Assembly (NCBI GenBank): GCA_965279115.1 | Contig: OZ257137.1 | Location: forward strand, 732,224-796,223 | Length of the DNA stretch: 64,000 bases | Direction of reading: 5' to 3' | Origin: Burkholderiales bacterium | GTDB lineage: Bacteria > Pseudomonadota > Gammaproteobacteria > Burkholderiales > JAEUOS01 | Shown: piece after piece, positions 16,389 to 24,699 of the stretch | Numbering within the stretch: the first letter of the stretch is position 1 | Layout of the letters: the number at the start of each line of letters is the position of its first letter | Made by a program: the position numbers and the translations under genes | The notes under the pieces: model-generated | What the model saw: only the letters and a program-made list of their open reading frames with translations | The model's database searches: none | Told to the model about the DNA's origin: nothing

Positions 16389-17392
16389 GCGCGCCACTCG
16401 CGCGACGTTCCTTCGGCAAATGCGGCCTGACCATGCCGACGCTGGGCTTCGGCGCCAGCGGCATCGCCAAGACCGTACGTGAGGATGCCATCCACATCGT
16501 GCACGCGGCACTGGCCGCCGGCCTCGACCATGTGGACACCGCGCCCTTCTACGGACTGGGCGAAAGCGAGCGGCGCCTCGCGCCGGCGCTCGCCGCCGCT
16601 GGTCACCTGTTCACCCTTTCTACCAAGGTAGGACGCCTGATACGAAGCGGCAGCGACGGCGCGCCGCAATCGGTATTCGATTACTCCGAATCCGGGGCCG
16701 AAACCTCGCTGGCCGAGAGCCTGGCGCGTCTCGGGCGCGACCGCATCGACATGGCGATCCTGCATGACGTGAGCCAGCGCTTCCACGGCGAGCGTACCGA
16801 TGCGGTGTTCGATGAGGCCATGCAGGGCGCGTACCAGGCACTCACGCGCTGGCGCCGCGAGGGCCGGGTGCGTTCCATCGGCATAGGCGTCAACGATTGC
16901 CGCACCTGCCTGCGCGCCCTGCGCGAAGCGGACTTCGACTTCCTGCTGCTGGCCGGTCGCCTCACCCTGCTGGATCACGAGGACTTCGACGCAGTGCTGC
17001 CGGAGGCGCAGAAGCGCGGCGTCGGCGTGATCGCCGCGGCGCCGTTCAATTCCGGCATCCTCGCCATCGGCGCGCGATCTGACGCCACTTTCTTCTATCA
17101 GCCGGCGTCCCAGGAGATTCTCGATCGCACCCGGCGTATCGAGGCGGTGTGCGCGAGCCACCGCGTACCCCTGCCTGCCGCGGCGCTGCAATTTGCGCTG
17201 CTGCATCCGGCCGTGGGTTGCGTGCTGGCGGGCTATCGCAGCGTGGATGAAGTGCGGCAGAACGTCGCGCACGCAAGGCACGCAATCCCGAACGCGTTCT
17301 GGGAGGACTTGCGTGCTGCCGGGTTGTTGTCGGCGTCGGTGGCGCTGCCCGGAACCCCGGCCGGTGGCATGGCCCGCACTGCGGCCCAGTGA
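16385..17392 (+). CDS. aldo/keto reductase (aldose 1-dehydrogenase-like)
   Basis: ATG 16385 overlaps the Bug stop (ATGA). Contains LGFGASGI, LDHVDTAPFYGLGESERRL (AKR Asp/Tyr), STKVGR (Lys) and AAAPFNSGIL. The track ORF 16178-17392 is an upstream extension. Confidence 0.85.
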   Translation: MSAPLARRSFGKCGLTMPTLGFGASGIAKTVREDAIHIVHAALAAGLDHVDTAPFYGLGESERRLAPALAAAGHLFTLSTKVGRLIRSGSDGAPQSVFDYSESGAETSLAESLARLGRDRIDMAILHDVSQRFHGERTDAVFDEAMQGAYQALTRWRREGRVRSIGIGVNDCRTCLRALREADFDFLLLAGRLTLLDHEDFDAVLPEAQKRGVGVIAAAPFNSGILAIGARSDATFFYQPASQEILDRTRRIEAVCASHRVPLPAAALQFALLHPAVGCVLAGYRSVDEVRQNVAHARHAIPNAFWEDLRAAGLLSASVALPGTPAGGMARTAAQ

Positions 17393-17459
17393 TCGTCATG
17401 GTGATCAGGCCGGACGCGACCCGGGCAAACCGGAGGGTGCGGCGCATGAGAGGCGATCG

Positions 17460-17491
17460 CGGATGCGCCCGACCATGCGCATCCGGATTTT
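17460..17491 (+). terminator. rho-independent terminator candidate closing the 12-gene block
   Basis: Perfect 9-bp stem CGGATGCGC/GCGCATCCG (17460-17468 and 17477-17485) with an 8-nt loop, followed by GATTTTG. It lies 68 nt after the AKR stop. Confidence 0.6.
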
Positions 17492-17575
17492 GCCGTGCCG
17501 GCGCCAACCTGCGAGAATCCACAGGGTCGCGCATGACATTACCTTTCCAACCTGCGCTCCCATAGGAGGATATCC

Positions 17576-18019
17576 ATGAACACAGTTCAAAGCGCACTGG
17601 CCCAGAAGAGCGGCGCCATCATCCATGTCCGTTCCGACGACATGGTCGTCAAGGCCCTTCTGCAGATGCGGGACAATCGCGTCCGCTCGGTGCTCGTCAT
17701 CGATGAGGGAGTCCTGGTCGGCATCGTGACCCAGGGCGACTGCGCCATCAAGGTGCTGCTGCCGGGGCTCGATGCGAAACAGACGGTGGTCAGCCAGGTC
17801 ATGACGCGCAACCCCATGACTGTCAAGCTGGCAGACCCGCTGGAAGCTTGCATGAGCCTGATGGCCGCAAAGGGCTTTCGCCATCTGCCCGTACTGGACG
17901 AAGGCAAGGTCGTGGGCGTGATCTCCATCGGGGACGTCGTCAAGGACATCATCCGCGACCTGCAGCACAACGTGGGCGACCTGATGGGCTACATCATGAC
18001 TGACAGCCCCGGGGGCTGA
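17576..18019 (+). CDS. CBS-pair domain protein (stand-alone, 147 aa)
   Basis: A strong AGGAGG RBS precedes the start. Two CBS repeats are present (VRSVLVIDEGVLVGIVTQGD and FRHLPVLDEGKVVGVISIGD). Confidence 0.85.
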   Translation: MNTVQSALAQKSGAIIHVRSDDMVVKALLQMRDNRVRSVLVIDEGVLVGIVTQGDCAIKVLLPGLDAKQTVVSQVMTRNPMTVKLADPLEACMSLMAAKGFRHLPVLDEGKVVGVISIGDVVKDIIRDLQHNVGDLMGYIMTDSPGG

Positions 18020-18166
18020 CGGGCGGGTTCCCCTCGCAGCCATACCAGCCTTGCCGCGGGACCCATGGCCCCGGCCCATGCATTCCAATAGACTCCCGTG
18101 GCCAAACGCCAGGGCGATCCTTTCCTGCCCCGCGCCCTCGGCACCGCCCTCCCACCACGGAACACC

Positions 18167-18943
18167 ATGCACAACTACACCCAGCTCAAGATCACAACCG
18201 AAGGCCATGTCGCCGTTTTCACCATGGACAGCCCGCCGGTCAACGCGCTCACCCGCACCCTCAACGACGAGCTCACTCATGCCCTGGACTGGGTGTCCGA
18301 GATCGACGACATCCGCGTGGTGGTGCTCACCGGCGCGGGCAAGGTGTTCTGTGCCGGTGCCGACCTGAAGGGCCGCGCCGAGAACATCAAGGGCCCGGGC
18401 GACTTTCTGGCTCATTCGCGCCGCACACGCGAATGCTTTCACGCCATCCGCGAATGCGCCAAGCCGGTGATCGCCGCCATCAACGGCGCGGCACTCGGCT
18501 CCGGCGTCGCGATGGTGGCCTCGGCCGACATCATCTTGACCTCCGAGAAGGGCTCGCTGGGCCTGCCGGAGGTCGATGTGGGCCTGCTCGGCGGCTGCCG
18601 CCACGCGCAACGCCTGTTCAGCCATTCGCGCCTGCGCCGCATGATGCTGACCGGCTATCGTGTCCCCGGCCCGGAGTTGTACCGCCTGGGCATCGTCGAG
18701 GCCTGCACCACCCCGGAAGAGCTGATGCCGGCGGCCATGGAACTGGCGCAGACCATCGCCGCCAAGAGCCCGGTGTCCACCCGCATGGGCAAGCACACGC
18801 TCAACGTCATCGAGGACATGAGCCTGCGCGACGGCTACCGCTACGAGCAGGACATGACGGCGCAGATCGGCAAGACCGAAGACGCCAAGGAAGCCCAATT
18901 GGCCTTCAAGGAAAAGCGCACGCCGGTGTTCAAGGGTCGCTGA
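18167..18943 (+). CDS. enoyl-CoA hydratase/isomerase (crotonase) family protein
   Basis: Starts MHNYTQLKITTEGHVAVFTMDSPPVNAL. Contains VVVLTGAGKVFCAGADLK, AAINGAALGSG and LGLPEVDVGL. Start chosen at ATG 18167 inside track ORF 18098-18943. Confidence 0.85.
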   Translation: MHNYTQLKITTEGHVAVFTMDSPPVNALTRTLNDELTHALDWVSEIDDIRVVVLTGAGKVFCAGADLKGRAENIKGPGDFLAHSRRTRECFHAIRECAKPVIAAINGAALGSGVAMVASADIILTSEKGSLGLPEVDVGLLGGCRHAQRLFSHSRLRRMMLTGYRVPGPELYRLGIVEACTTPEELMPAAMELAQTIAAKSPVSTRMGKHTLNVIEDMSLRDGYRYEQDMTAQIGKTEDAKEAQLAFKEKRTPVFKGR

Positions 18944-18959
18944 TTTGCGAGGAAAGAAC

Positions 18960-19922
18960 ATGTTTGCCCGACTGCTGACTTCACTTCTGATCGCCGTCGC
19001 GGCGACTTGCGTACATGCGGCCTGGCCCGAAAAGCCGGTTCGCCTGATCGTACCCTTCCCCGCCGGCGGCGCGGCCGACTGGATGGCGCGCAGCTTTGTG
19101 CAGAAGCTTGGCGAAAGGCTCGGCCAGCCGGTGGCCATCGACAATCGCGGCGGCGGCGGTGGCGGTGTCGGCACCGAGGCAGCCAGCGTTGCCGCGCCGG
19201 ACGGTTACACCCTGTTGTTCGCCACCATGGGAACGATGACCATCAACCCGGCGCTCTACAAGAGCCTGCGCTACGACCCGGTCAAGAGTTTCGATCCGGT
19301 CTCGCTCACCCACAACGCGGTGAACATGCTGGTCGTGCACCCCGACGTGAAGGCCAACACGGTGGCCGAACTGGTGGCGCTGGCGCGCCGCAACCCGGGC
19401 CAGCTGACCTTTGCCTCCTCAGGCAACGGCACAACCAGCCATTTGTCGGGCGAGCTGTTCAAGAGCCTTACCGGAGTGGACATGGTGCATGTGCCCTACA
19501 AGGGCAGTGGACCGGCACTGACCGACTTTCTCGGCGGGCGCATTTCCATGATGTTCGACACCAGCTCCAACTTTGTCGAGCACATGAAGACCGGCCGCGT
19601 GCGTGCACTCGGCGTGACCAGCCGCAACCGCCTGGCCGCCATGCCGAACGTGCCCTCGATTTCCGAGACCCCTGGCCTTGCGGAGTTCGAGATGTCGCTA
19701 TGGCTGGGCGTGATGGCGCCGGCCGGCACGCCGAAAGAGATCATTGCCCGCCTCAACGCCGACCTGGTGGCCGTGATGAACACGCCCGAGATGGCGAAAG
19801 CGCTCACCCAGGCCGGCATCGAGCCGCGCACCTCCACCCCGCAGGAGTTCGCGGCGCTGATCAGGGCGGACATGGCGAAGTGGGCGGTGGTTGTCAAGCG
19901 CTCGGGCACGCAACTCGACTGA
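18960..19922 (+). CDS. Bug/TctC-family periplasmic solute-binding protein
   Basis: ATG 18960 follows a GAGGAAAG RBS; the track begins at TTG 18945. Contains MFARLLTSLLIAVAATCVHAAWPEKPVRLIVPFPAGGAADWMAR, DNRGGGGGGVG and APDGYT. Confidence 0.9.
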   Translation: MFARLLTSLLIAVAATCVHAAWPEKPVRLIVPFPAGGAADWMARSFVQKLGERLGQPVAIDNRGGGGGGVGTEAASVAAPDGYTLLFATMGTMTINPALYKSLRYDPVKSFDPVSLTHNAVNMLVVHPDVKANTVAELVALARRNPGQLTFASSGNGTTSHLSGELFKSLTGVDMVHVPYKGSGPALTDFLGGRISMMFDTSSNFVEHMKTGRVRALGVTSRNRLAAMPNVPSISETPGLAEFEMSLWLGVMAPAGTPKEIIARLNADLVAVMNTPEMAKALTQAGIEPRTSTPQEFAALIRADMAKWAVVVKRSGTQLD

Positions 19923-19958
19923 CAACAAGGCACGCAAAAGCGCGCCAACGGAGACAAG

Positions 19959-20936
19959 ATGAAACTCGCACTTCGCCGCCTGGCCACCCTGCTTGCGTTC
20001 CATCTGCTTGCTGCGGCACCGCTGTCACATGCGCAAGCCTGGCCGGACCGGCCGGTGCGCATCATCAACCCCTACGCGGCCGGCGGGCCTTCCGACCTGG
20101 TGGCTCGCCAGCTGGCGGAAGGGCTTTCCACCGAGCTTGGGCAGCGCTTCATCGTCGAGTCGAAAGCCGGCGGCGGCACGGTGATTGGCGCGTCCTTCGT
20201 CGCCAAGGCACCGGCTGACGGCTATACCCTGCTGCTGGCCACGGTCGCCCCGCTGGTGGTGCAACCGGCCATCAGCACCAGCCTGCCCTACGACGCCGCG
20301 CGCGATTTCGCCTTTGTCGGCATGTTCGCCACGGTTCCGAACCTGATTGCCGTGCATCCCTCGGTGCCCGCTTCCAACGTCAAGGAATTGATCGCCCACG
20401 CGGCGAAGAACCCTGGCAAGCTCAACTACGCCTCGGCTGGCGTCGGCACCGGTCCGCACCTGGGCGGCGAGCTGTTCTCGCGCATGGCCAACGTGAAGAT
20501 GACCCACGTGCCCTACGCCGGCGCGGCGCCGGCCGTGCTGGGCGTGCTGGGCGGGCAGGTGGAGGTGTCGTTCATCAACATCACGCCGCAGTTGCAGCAC
20601 GTCAGGACGGGCAAACTGCGCGCCATCGCCATCGGCAGCCGCCAGCGCTCCAGCCTGTTGCCGGACGTGCCCACAGTGGCCGAAGCCGGTTTGCCGGGTT
20701 TCGTGTCGGAGTCCTGGAACGGCATCGTCGCGCCGGCCGGCACGCCGCGCGCCAGCATCGAGAGGCTCTCCGCCGCCATGGCCAAGGTGATGGGCAGCGC
20801 CAAAGTGAAGGAGGCGTTGGCCCCGCTGGGCGCGGAGGTCACGCAGTCCGGGCCGGAGGAGTTCGCGGCCTACGTGAAGGAAGACGAAAGGCAACTGGTG
20901 CCGATCATCAAGAGCTTGGGGCTGACCAGCAACTGA
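19959..20936 (+). CDS. Bug/TctC-family periplasmic solute-binding protein
   Basis: Signal peptide MKLALRRLATLLAFHLLAAAPLSHAQA, then WPDRPVRIINPYAAGGPSDLVAR, VESKAGGG and PADGYT. Confidence 0.9.
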   Translation: MKLALRRLATLLAFHLLAAAPLSHAQAWPDRPVRIINPYAAGGPSDLVARQLAEGLSTELGQRFIVESKAGGGTVIGASFVAKAPADGYTLLLATVAPLVVQPAISTSLPYDAARDFAFVGMFATVPNLIAVHPSVPASNVKELIAHAAKNPGKLNYASAGVGTGPHLGGELFSRMANVKMTHVPYAGAAPAVLGVLGGQVEVSFINITPQLQHVRTGKLRAIAIGSRQRSSLLPDVPTVAEAGLPGFVSESWNGIVAPAGTPRASIERLSAAMAKVMGSAKVKEALAPLGAEVTQSGPEEFAAYVKEDERQLVPIIKSLGLTSN

Positions 20937-20974
20937 CCTGCAAGTACGCGGCGTACTGACGGGGGCCGCTTAAA

Positions 20975-21295
20975 TCAGGCCATCACCATCTGCATGCGCA
21001 CTTCGACCTTCAGCGCGCGCTTGATGGCGGCGAATACCGCCGAGATATTGCTCATGGTCGGGTTACCCGACTTGGACAGCATCCGGTGCAGACTCTTGGC
21101 CGGCTTGTGGATTTCTTCTGCAAGCGCCTCGAAACCAACGGTCGCGTTGACCAGATCACGCAGTATCAGCTTGGCCGACTCCGGTTCACCATTGACGAAC
21201 AGGGTGATGGCTTCATCCAGCAGCGCCTGCGCAAAAGCAGGATCACTCTGCACGCGAGCCGCCACGGTCTCCTTGAAATTGCGGGTCAGCGCCAT
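20975..21295 (-). CDS. addiction-module antidote protein (HigA-like XRE-type HTH antitoxin)
   Basis: ATG 21295 lies 2 nt after the toxin stop. Sequence MALTRNFKETVAARVQSDPAFAQALLDEAITLFVNGEPESAK..., with HTH region SLHRMLSKSGNPTMSNISAVFAAIKRAL. The track ORF starts 17 codons further upstream, inside the toxin gene. Confidence 0.75.
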   Translation of the reverse strand: MALTRNFKETVAARVQSDPAFAQALLDEAITLFVNGEPESAKLILRDLVNATVGFEALAEEIHKPAKSLHRMLSKSGNPTMSNISAVFAAIKRALKVEVRMQMVMA

Positions 21296-21297
21296 AT

Positions 21298-21636
21298 TCA
21301 CTTTCCTTGTTTGAGGGTTGACTTGCGGCGCTTGTAGTCGTCCCACAGCACCACCGCTCGGTCGATGTCTTGTTGCTGGCGCTTCTTGGTGCCGCCGCCA
21401 ATCAGGATGATGATTTTCATGCCGTCCTTGCCGAGGTAGACGCGCAGTCCTGGGCCCCAGTCAATCTTGTATTCGCCGATGCCACGGAACCATTCCACAT
21501 TGGACAGGTTACCCAGTTCCATCCGGCTCACGGCGACTCGTACCTTTGCCGCCGCCGCCGCATCCAGCGATCCAAACCATTGTGCAAAGGGGCTATCGCC
21601 CTCAGGCAGCAGCAACTCTTTGATCTGGTAGCTCAC
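21298..21636 (-). CDS. addiction-module killer protein (RelE/ParE-fold, HigB-like toxin)
   Basis: Contains SPFAQWFGSLDAAAAAKVRVAVSRMELGNLSNVEWFRGIGEYKIDWGPGLRVYLGKDGMKIIILIGGGTKKRQQQDIDRA, which is typical of this toxin family. The start is either GTG 21636 or TTG 21675 and is not resolved. Confidence 0.75.
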   Translation of the reverse strand: MSYQIKELLLPEGDSPFAQWFGSLDAAAAAKVRVAVSRMELGNLSNVEWFRGIGEYKIDWGPGLRVYLGKDGMKIIILIGGGTKKRQQQDIDRAVVLWDDYKRRKSTLKQGK

Positions 21637-21684
21637 GCACCCAATGGTAACACAAACGTTCCCTTTTGCGCACAACCACCTTGA

Positions 21685-22662
21685 TCAGTCAGCCTTCGCG
21701 CCGGTCTTCTTCACCAGCTCCGCCCACTTGGGCAACTCCGCACGGATCAGCGCGGTGAATTCGGCCGGGGTGCTGATGGTCGGCTCCACCCCCAGTGCGG
21801 TGAGTTGCGCGCGCAAGGCCGGTGTGGCCAGGGCGCGAGTGAGGGCTGTATGCAACGTGGTGACGACATCGGCAGGCAACCCCGCCGGCCCGAGCACGCC
21901 CAGCCAGTTGGATACGTCGTAACCCTTGAGTCCCGCCTCGGCAATGGTCGGCACGCCCGGCAGCACGCTCAGGCGGGATCTGGACGTCACCGCCACCGCG
22001 CGCACCTTGCCGGAACGGATATGTTCGTCGTAGACGGTGAAGGAATCGAAAGTCATGTCGAGCCGCCCGGCCAGGAGGTCGGTGAGCAGCGGCGCGCTGC
22101 CCTTGTAGGGCACATGCAGCATCTCCACCCCCGCCATGCTGGCGAAGAGCGCACCGGCCAGATGGCTGGAACTGCCGTTGCCGGCCGAGCCGTAGGACAG
22201 GCCGCCGCTGCGGGTCTTCGCCAGCGCGATGAGTTCGGTCACTGTCCTTGCGGCAACCGTTGGATGCACCACCAGTACGCGCGGCGTCAGGTGCGTCACG
22301 CTGACCGGAGTGAAGTCCTTCAGCGGGTCGTAGGGCAATTTGGCATGCAGTGCCGGGTTGATGCTCAGGATGCCCATGGTGGCGAAGAACAGGGTGTATC
22401 CGTCCGCGGGCGCCTTGGCCACCGCCTCGGCAGCCGGAATGCCGCCTGCGCCGCCCCGGTTCTCGATCACCACCTGCTGGCCCAACTCGATAGCCAGGCG
22501 CTGCGCCATGCCGCGCGACATGAAGTCCGCCGCACCACCCGGCGGGAACGGCACCATCAGGCGGATCGGCCGCTCGGGCCACGCCGCATGTACCGGCAGT
22601 CCTGCTACCGCACCCAGAAACACCGCCATCGCCAGCGCCATGCATTGCAAAAGCTTGATCAT
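21685..22662 (-). CDS. Bug/TctC-family periplasmic solute-binding protein
   Basis: ATG 22662 gives MIKLLQCMALAMAVFLGAVAGLPVHAAWPERPIRLMVPFPPGGAADFMSR, then ENRGGAGG and PADGYT. The track ORF carries a 45-codon upstream extension. Confidence 0.9.
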   Translation of the reverse strand: MIKLLQCMALAMAVFLGAVAGLPVHAAWPERPIRLMVPFPPGGAADFMSRGMAQRLAIELGQQVVIENRGGAGGIPAAEAVAKAPADGYTLFFATMGILSINPALHAKLPYDPLKDFTPVSVTHLTPRVLVVHPTVAARTVTELIALAKTRSGGLSYGSAGNGSSSHLAGALFASMAGVEMLHVPYKGSAPLLTDLLAGRLDMTFDSFTVYDEHIRSGKVRAVAVTSRSRLSVLPGVPTIAEAGLKGYDVSNWLGVLGPAGLPADVVTTLHTALTRALATPALRAQLTALGVEPTISTPAEFTALIRAELPKWAELVKKTGAKAD

Positions 22663-22832
22663 CCCTTGTCTCCCCTCCCGGTACTTTAGGCCATGCACCG
22701 CAGTCTCGTCACCTTGAGTGTCGCCAAGGCTGCTATGCGCGGCCACGTATGCCAGTGTTGCTTCTGCAAAGCCTAGGCAGCAGACGCGCCTGCGCATACA
22801 GTCCGGAGAATGGAAACATCGTCAGCAAGCTC

Positions 22833-24065
22833 ATGAACCCGCCCAACGCCGCCCCGCTTTCGCACGTGAAGGTTCTGGACCTGAGCCGCATCCTCGCCGC
22901 GCCCTGGGCCGGGCAGATCCTCGCCGACCTGGGTGCCGACGTCATCAAGGTCGAGCGCCCCGGCGCCGGCGACGATACCCGCGCCTGGGGCCCGCCCTTC
23001 CTCAAGGACGTCGACGGCAATGACACGAAGGAAGCAGGCTACTTTCTCGCCGTGAACCGCGGCAAGCGCTCGATCACCGTAAGCCTCGACAAACCCGAAG
23101 GCCAGAAAATCGTGCGCGAACTGGCGATGCACGCCGACATCGTGCTGGAGAACTACAAGGCCGGAACGCTCGCGCGTTACGGACTCGACGAAGCCTCGCT
23201 GCGCGCCCTCAATCCGCGCCTGATCTATTGCTCGGTGACCGGCTTCGGCCAGACCGGTCCGCGGCGCGACCAGGTGGCCTACGACTTCCTGATCCAGGCC
23301 ATGGGTGGCCTCATGAGCGTGACAGGCGAGGCCGACGGCAAGCCTGGCGCCGGGCCGCAGAAAGTGGGCGTGCCCATCGTCGACCTGATGACCGGCATGT
23401 ACACCGCCGTGTCGGTACTGGCCGCACTGGCGCGGCGCAACGAATGCGGGCGCGGCGATTTCATCGATATCGGCATGCTCGACGTGCAGGTGGCCTCACT
23501 CGCCAACCAGGCGATGAACTACCTGGTCTCGGGCAAGGTGCCCAAACGCAACGGCAACGCCCACCCCAACATCCAGCCGCAGGATGTCTATTCCTGCGCC
23601 GATGGCGACGTGATCCTGGTGGTCGGCAACGACGCCCAGTTCGTCAAGCTGTGCGCGGCCCTCGACCACCCGGAATGGGCGCTGGACGCGCGCTTCTCGG
23701 CCAACCCGCAGCGCATCGCCCACCTGGCGGAACTCTCCACCCTGCTGCGCGCGGCCTTTGCGCAGTGGCCTCGCGCCAGGCTCATCGCCGCGCTGGATGA
23801 GGCCGGCGTGCCGTGCGGCGCCATCAACTCGGTGGCCGACGTGTTCGAGGACCCGCAGGTAAAGGCGCGCGGCATGTTGCGCCACGTACCGCACCCGAGC
23901 GGCGTCGACGCGCCACAGGTGGCAAGCCCGATGCGCTTTGCGGAAGCCGCATCCCCATCCATGGCCGCACCGCCGCTGCTCGGGCAACACAGCGATGCCA
24001 TCCTCGCCGAACTGGGTTATGACAGCGCGCGCATCGCCACCTTGCGCGCGCAGGGAGTGATCTGA
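22833..24065 (+). CDS. family III CoA-transferase (CaiB/BaiF type)
   Basis: Starts MNPPNAAPLSHVKVLDLSRILAAPWAGQILADLGADVIKVERPGAGDDTR. Contains GKRSITVSL, ENYKAGTLARYGL and VPIVDLMTG (catalytic Asp region). Start chosen at ATG 22833. Confidence 0.85.
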   Translation: MNPPNAAPLSHVKVLDLSRILAAPWAGQILADLGADVIKVERPGAGDDTRAWGPPFLKDVDGNDTKEAGYFLAVNRGKRSITVSLDKPEGQKIVRELAMHADIVLENYKAGTLARYGLDEASLRALNPRLIYCSVTGFGQTGPRRDQVAYDFLIQAMGGLMSVTGEADGKPGAGPQKVGVPIVDLMTGMYTAVSVLAALARRNECGRGDFIDIGMLDVQVASLANQAMNYLVSGKVPKRNGNAHPNIQPQDVYSCADGDVILVVGNDAQFVKLCAALDHPEWALDARFSANPQRIAHLAELSTLLRAAFAQWPRARLIAALDEAGVPCGAINSVADVFEDPQVKARGMLRHVPHPSGVDAPQVASPMRFAEAASPSMAAPPLLGQHSDAILAELGYDSARIATLRAQGVI

Positions 24066-24674
24066 ATGCTCAAGCTCCACTGGTCGCCGAAGTCGCCCTA
24101 TGTGCGCAAGGTGATGATCTGCGCCCGCGAACTCGGCGTGCTGGACCGTCTTGAACTGGTGCGCTCGGTCGCGGCCATGACCAAGCCGAACGAACGCCTC
24201 ATGCAGGACAACCCGCTGTCAAAAATTCCCACCCTGGTGCTCGACGACGGCCTGGTGCTGTTCGACTCGGCCGTCATCTGCGAGTACCTGAACGACCTCG
24301 CGGCCGGGCCGCTTTTCCCGCAGCAGGGACGCAACAAGTGGCTCGCGCTGCGCTGGCACGCCTTCGGCGATGGCCTGCTCGACGCCCTCATCCTGTGGCG
24401 CAACGAGCGCGAGCGTGAGGTGCCGCTGCCGGTGTTGATGGAGGCATTCGACCTGAAGGTGAAATCGTCGCTGGCCAGGCTCGATGGCGAAGCGCAGTCG
24501 CTTGGCGACACACCCTTGTGCATAGGCCACGTGGCAGTGGCCTGCGCACTGGGCTATATCGACTACCGCTTCGACGGGCTCGGCTGGCGCGCGCTGGCGC
24601 CGCGGCTGGCGGCCTGGCATCAGACCATTCGCGAGCGTCCGTCCTACAGCGCCACCGAACCGGTCGAAGGCTGA
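24066..24674 (+). CDS. glutathione S-transferase family protein
   Basis: The ATG directly abuts the CoA-transferase stop. Contains SPKSPYVRKVMI and KIPTLVLDDGLVLFDSAVICEYL (thioredoxin-fold GSH site), followed by a helical C-terminal domain. Confidence 0.85.
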   Translation: MLKLHWSPKSPYVRKVMICARELGVLDRLELVRSVAAMTKPNERLMQDNPLSKIPTLVLDDGLVLFDSAVICEYLNDLAAGPLFPQQGRNKWLALRWHAFGDGLLDALILWRNEREREVPLPVLMEAFDLKVKSSLARLDGEAQSLGDTPLCIGHVAVACALGYIDYRFDGLGWRALAPRLAAWHQTIRERPSYSATEPVEG

Positions 24675-24699
24675 AGCGGACCGGCTGCGGCCGGCCGGG

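Noticed and set aside
19149-19166. GGC/GGT run (six consecutive Gly codons) that looks like a trinucleotide repeat or slippage site
   Set aside because: It lies in the conserved E/D-N-[KR]-[PG]-G-x-G-G loop present in all Bug paralogues here (for example ENKPGAGG, ENRPGAAG, ESKAGGG). It is only a Gly-rich variant of that loop. The repeat is imperfect and in frame.
20943-20957. AGTACGC-G-GCGTACT palindrome after the Bug gene ending at 20936, considered as a terminator
   Set aside because: A 1-nt loop is sterically impossible, so the effective stem is short, and no T-tract follows in either orientation. It is left uncalled.
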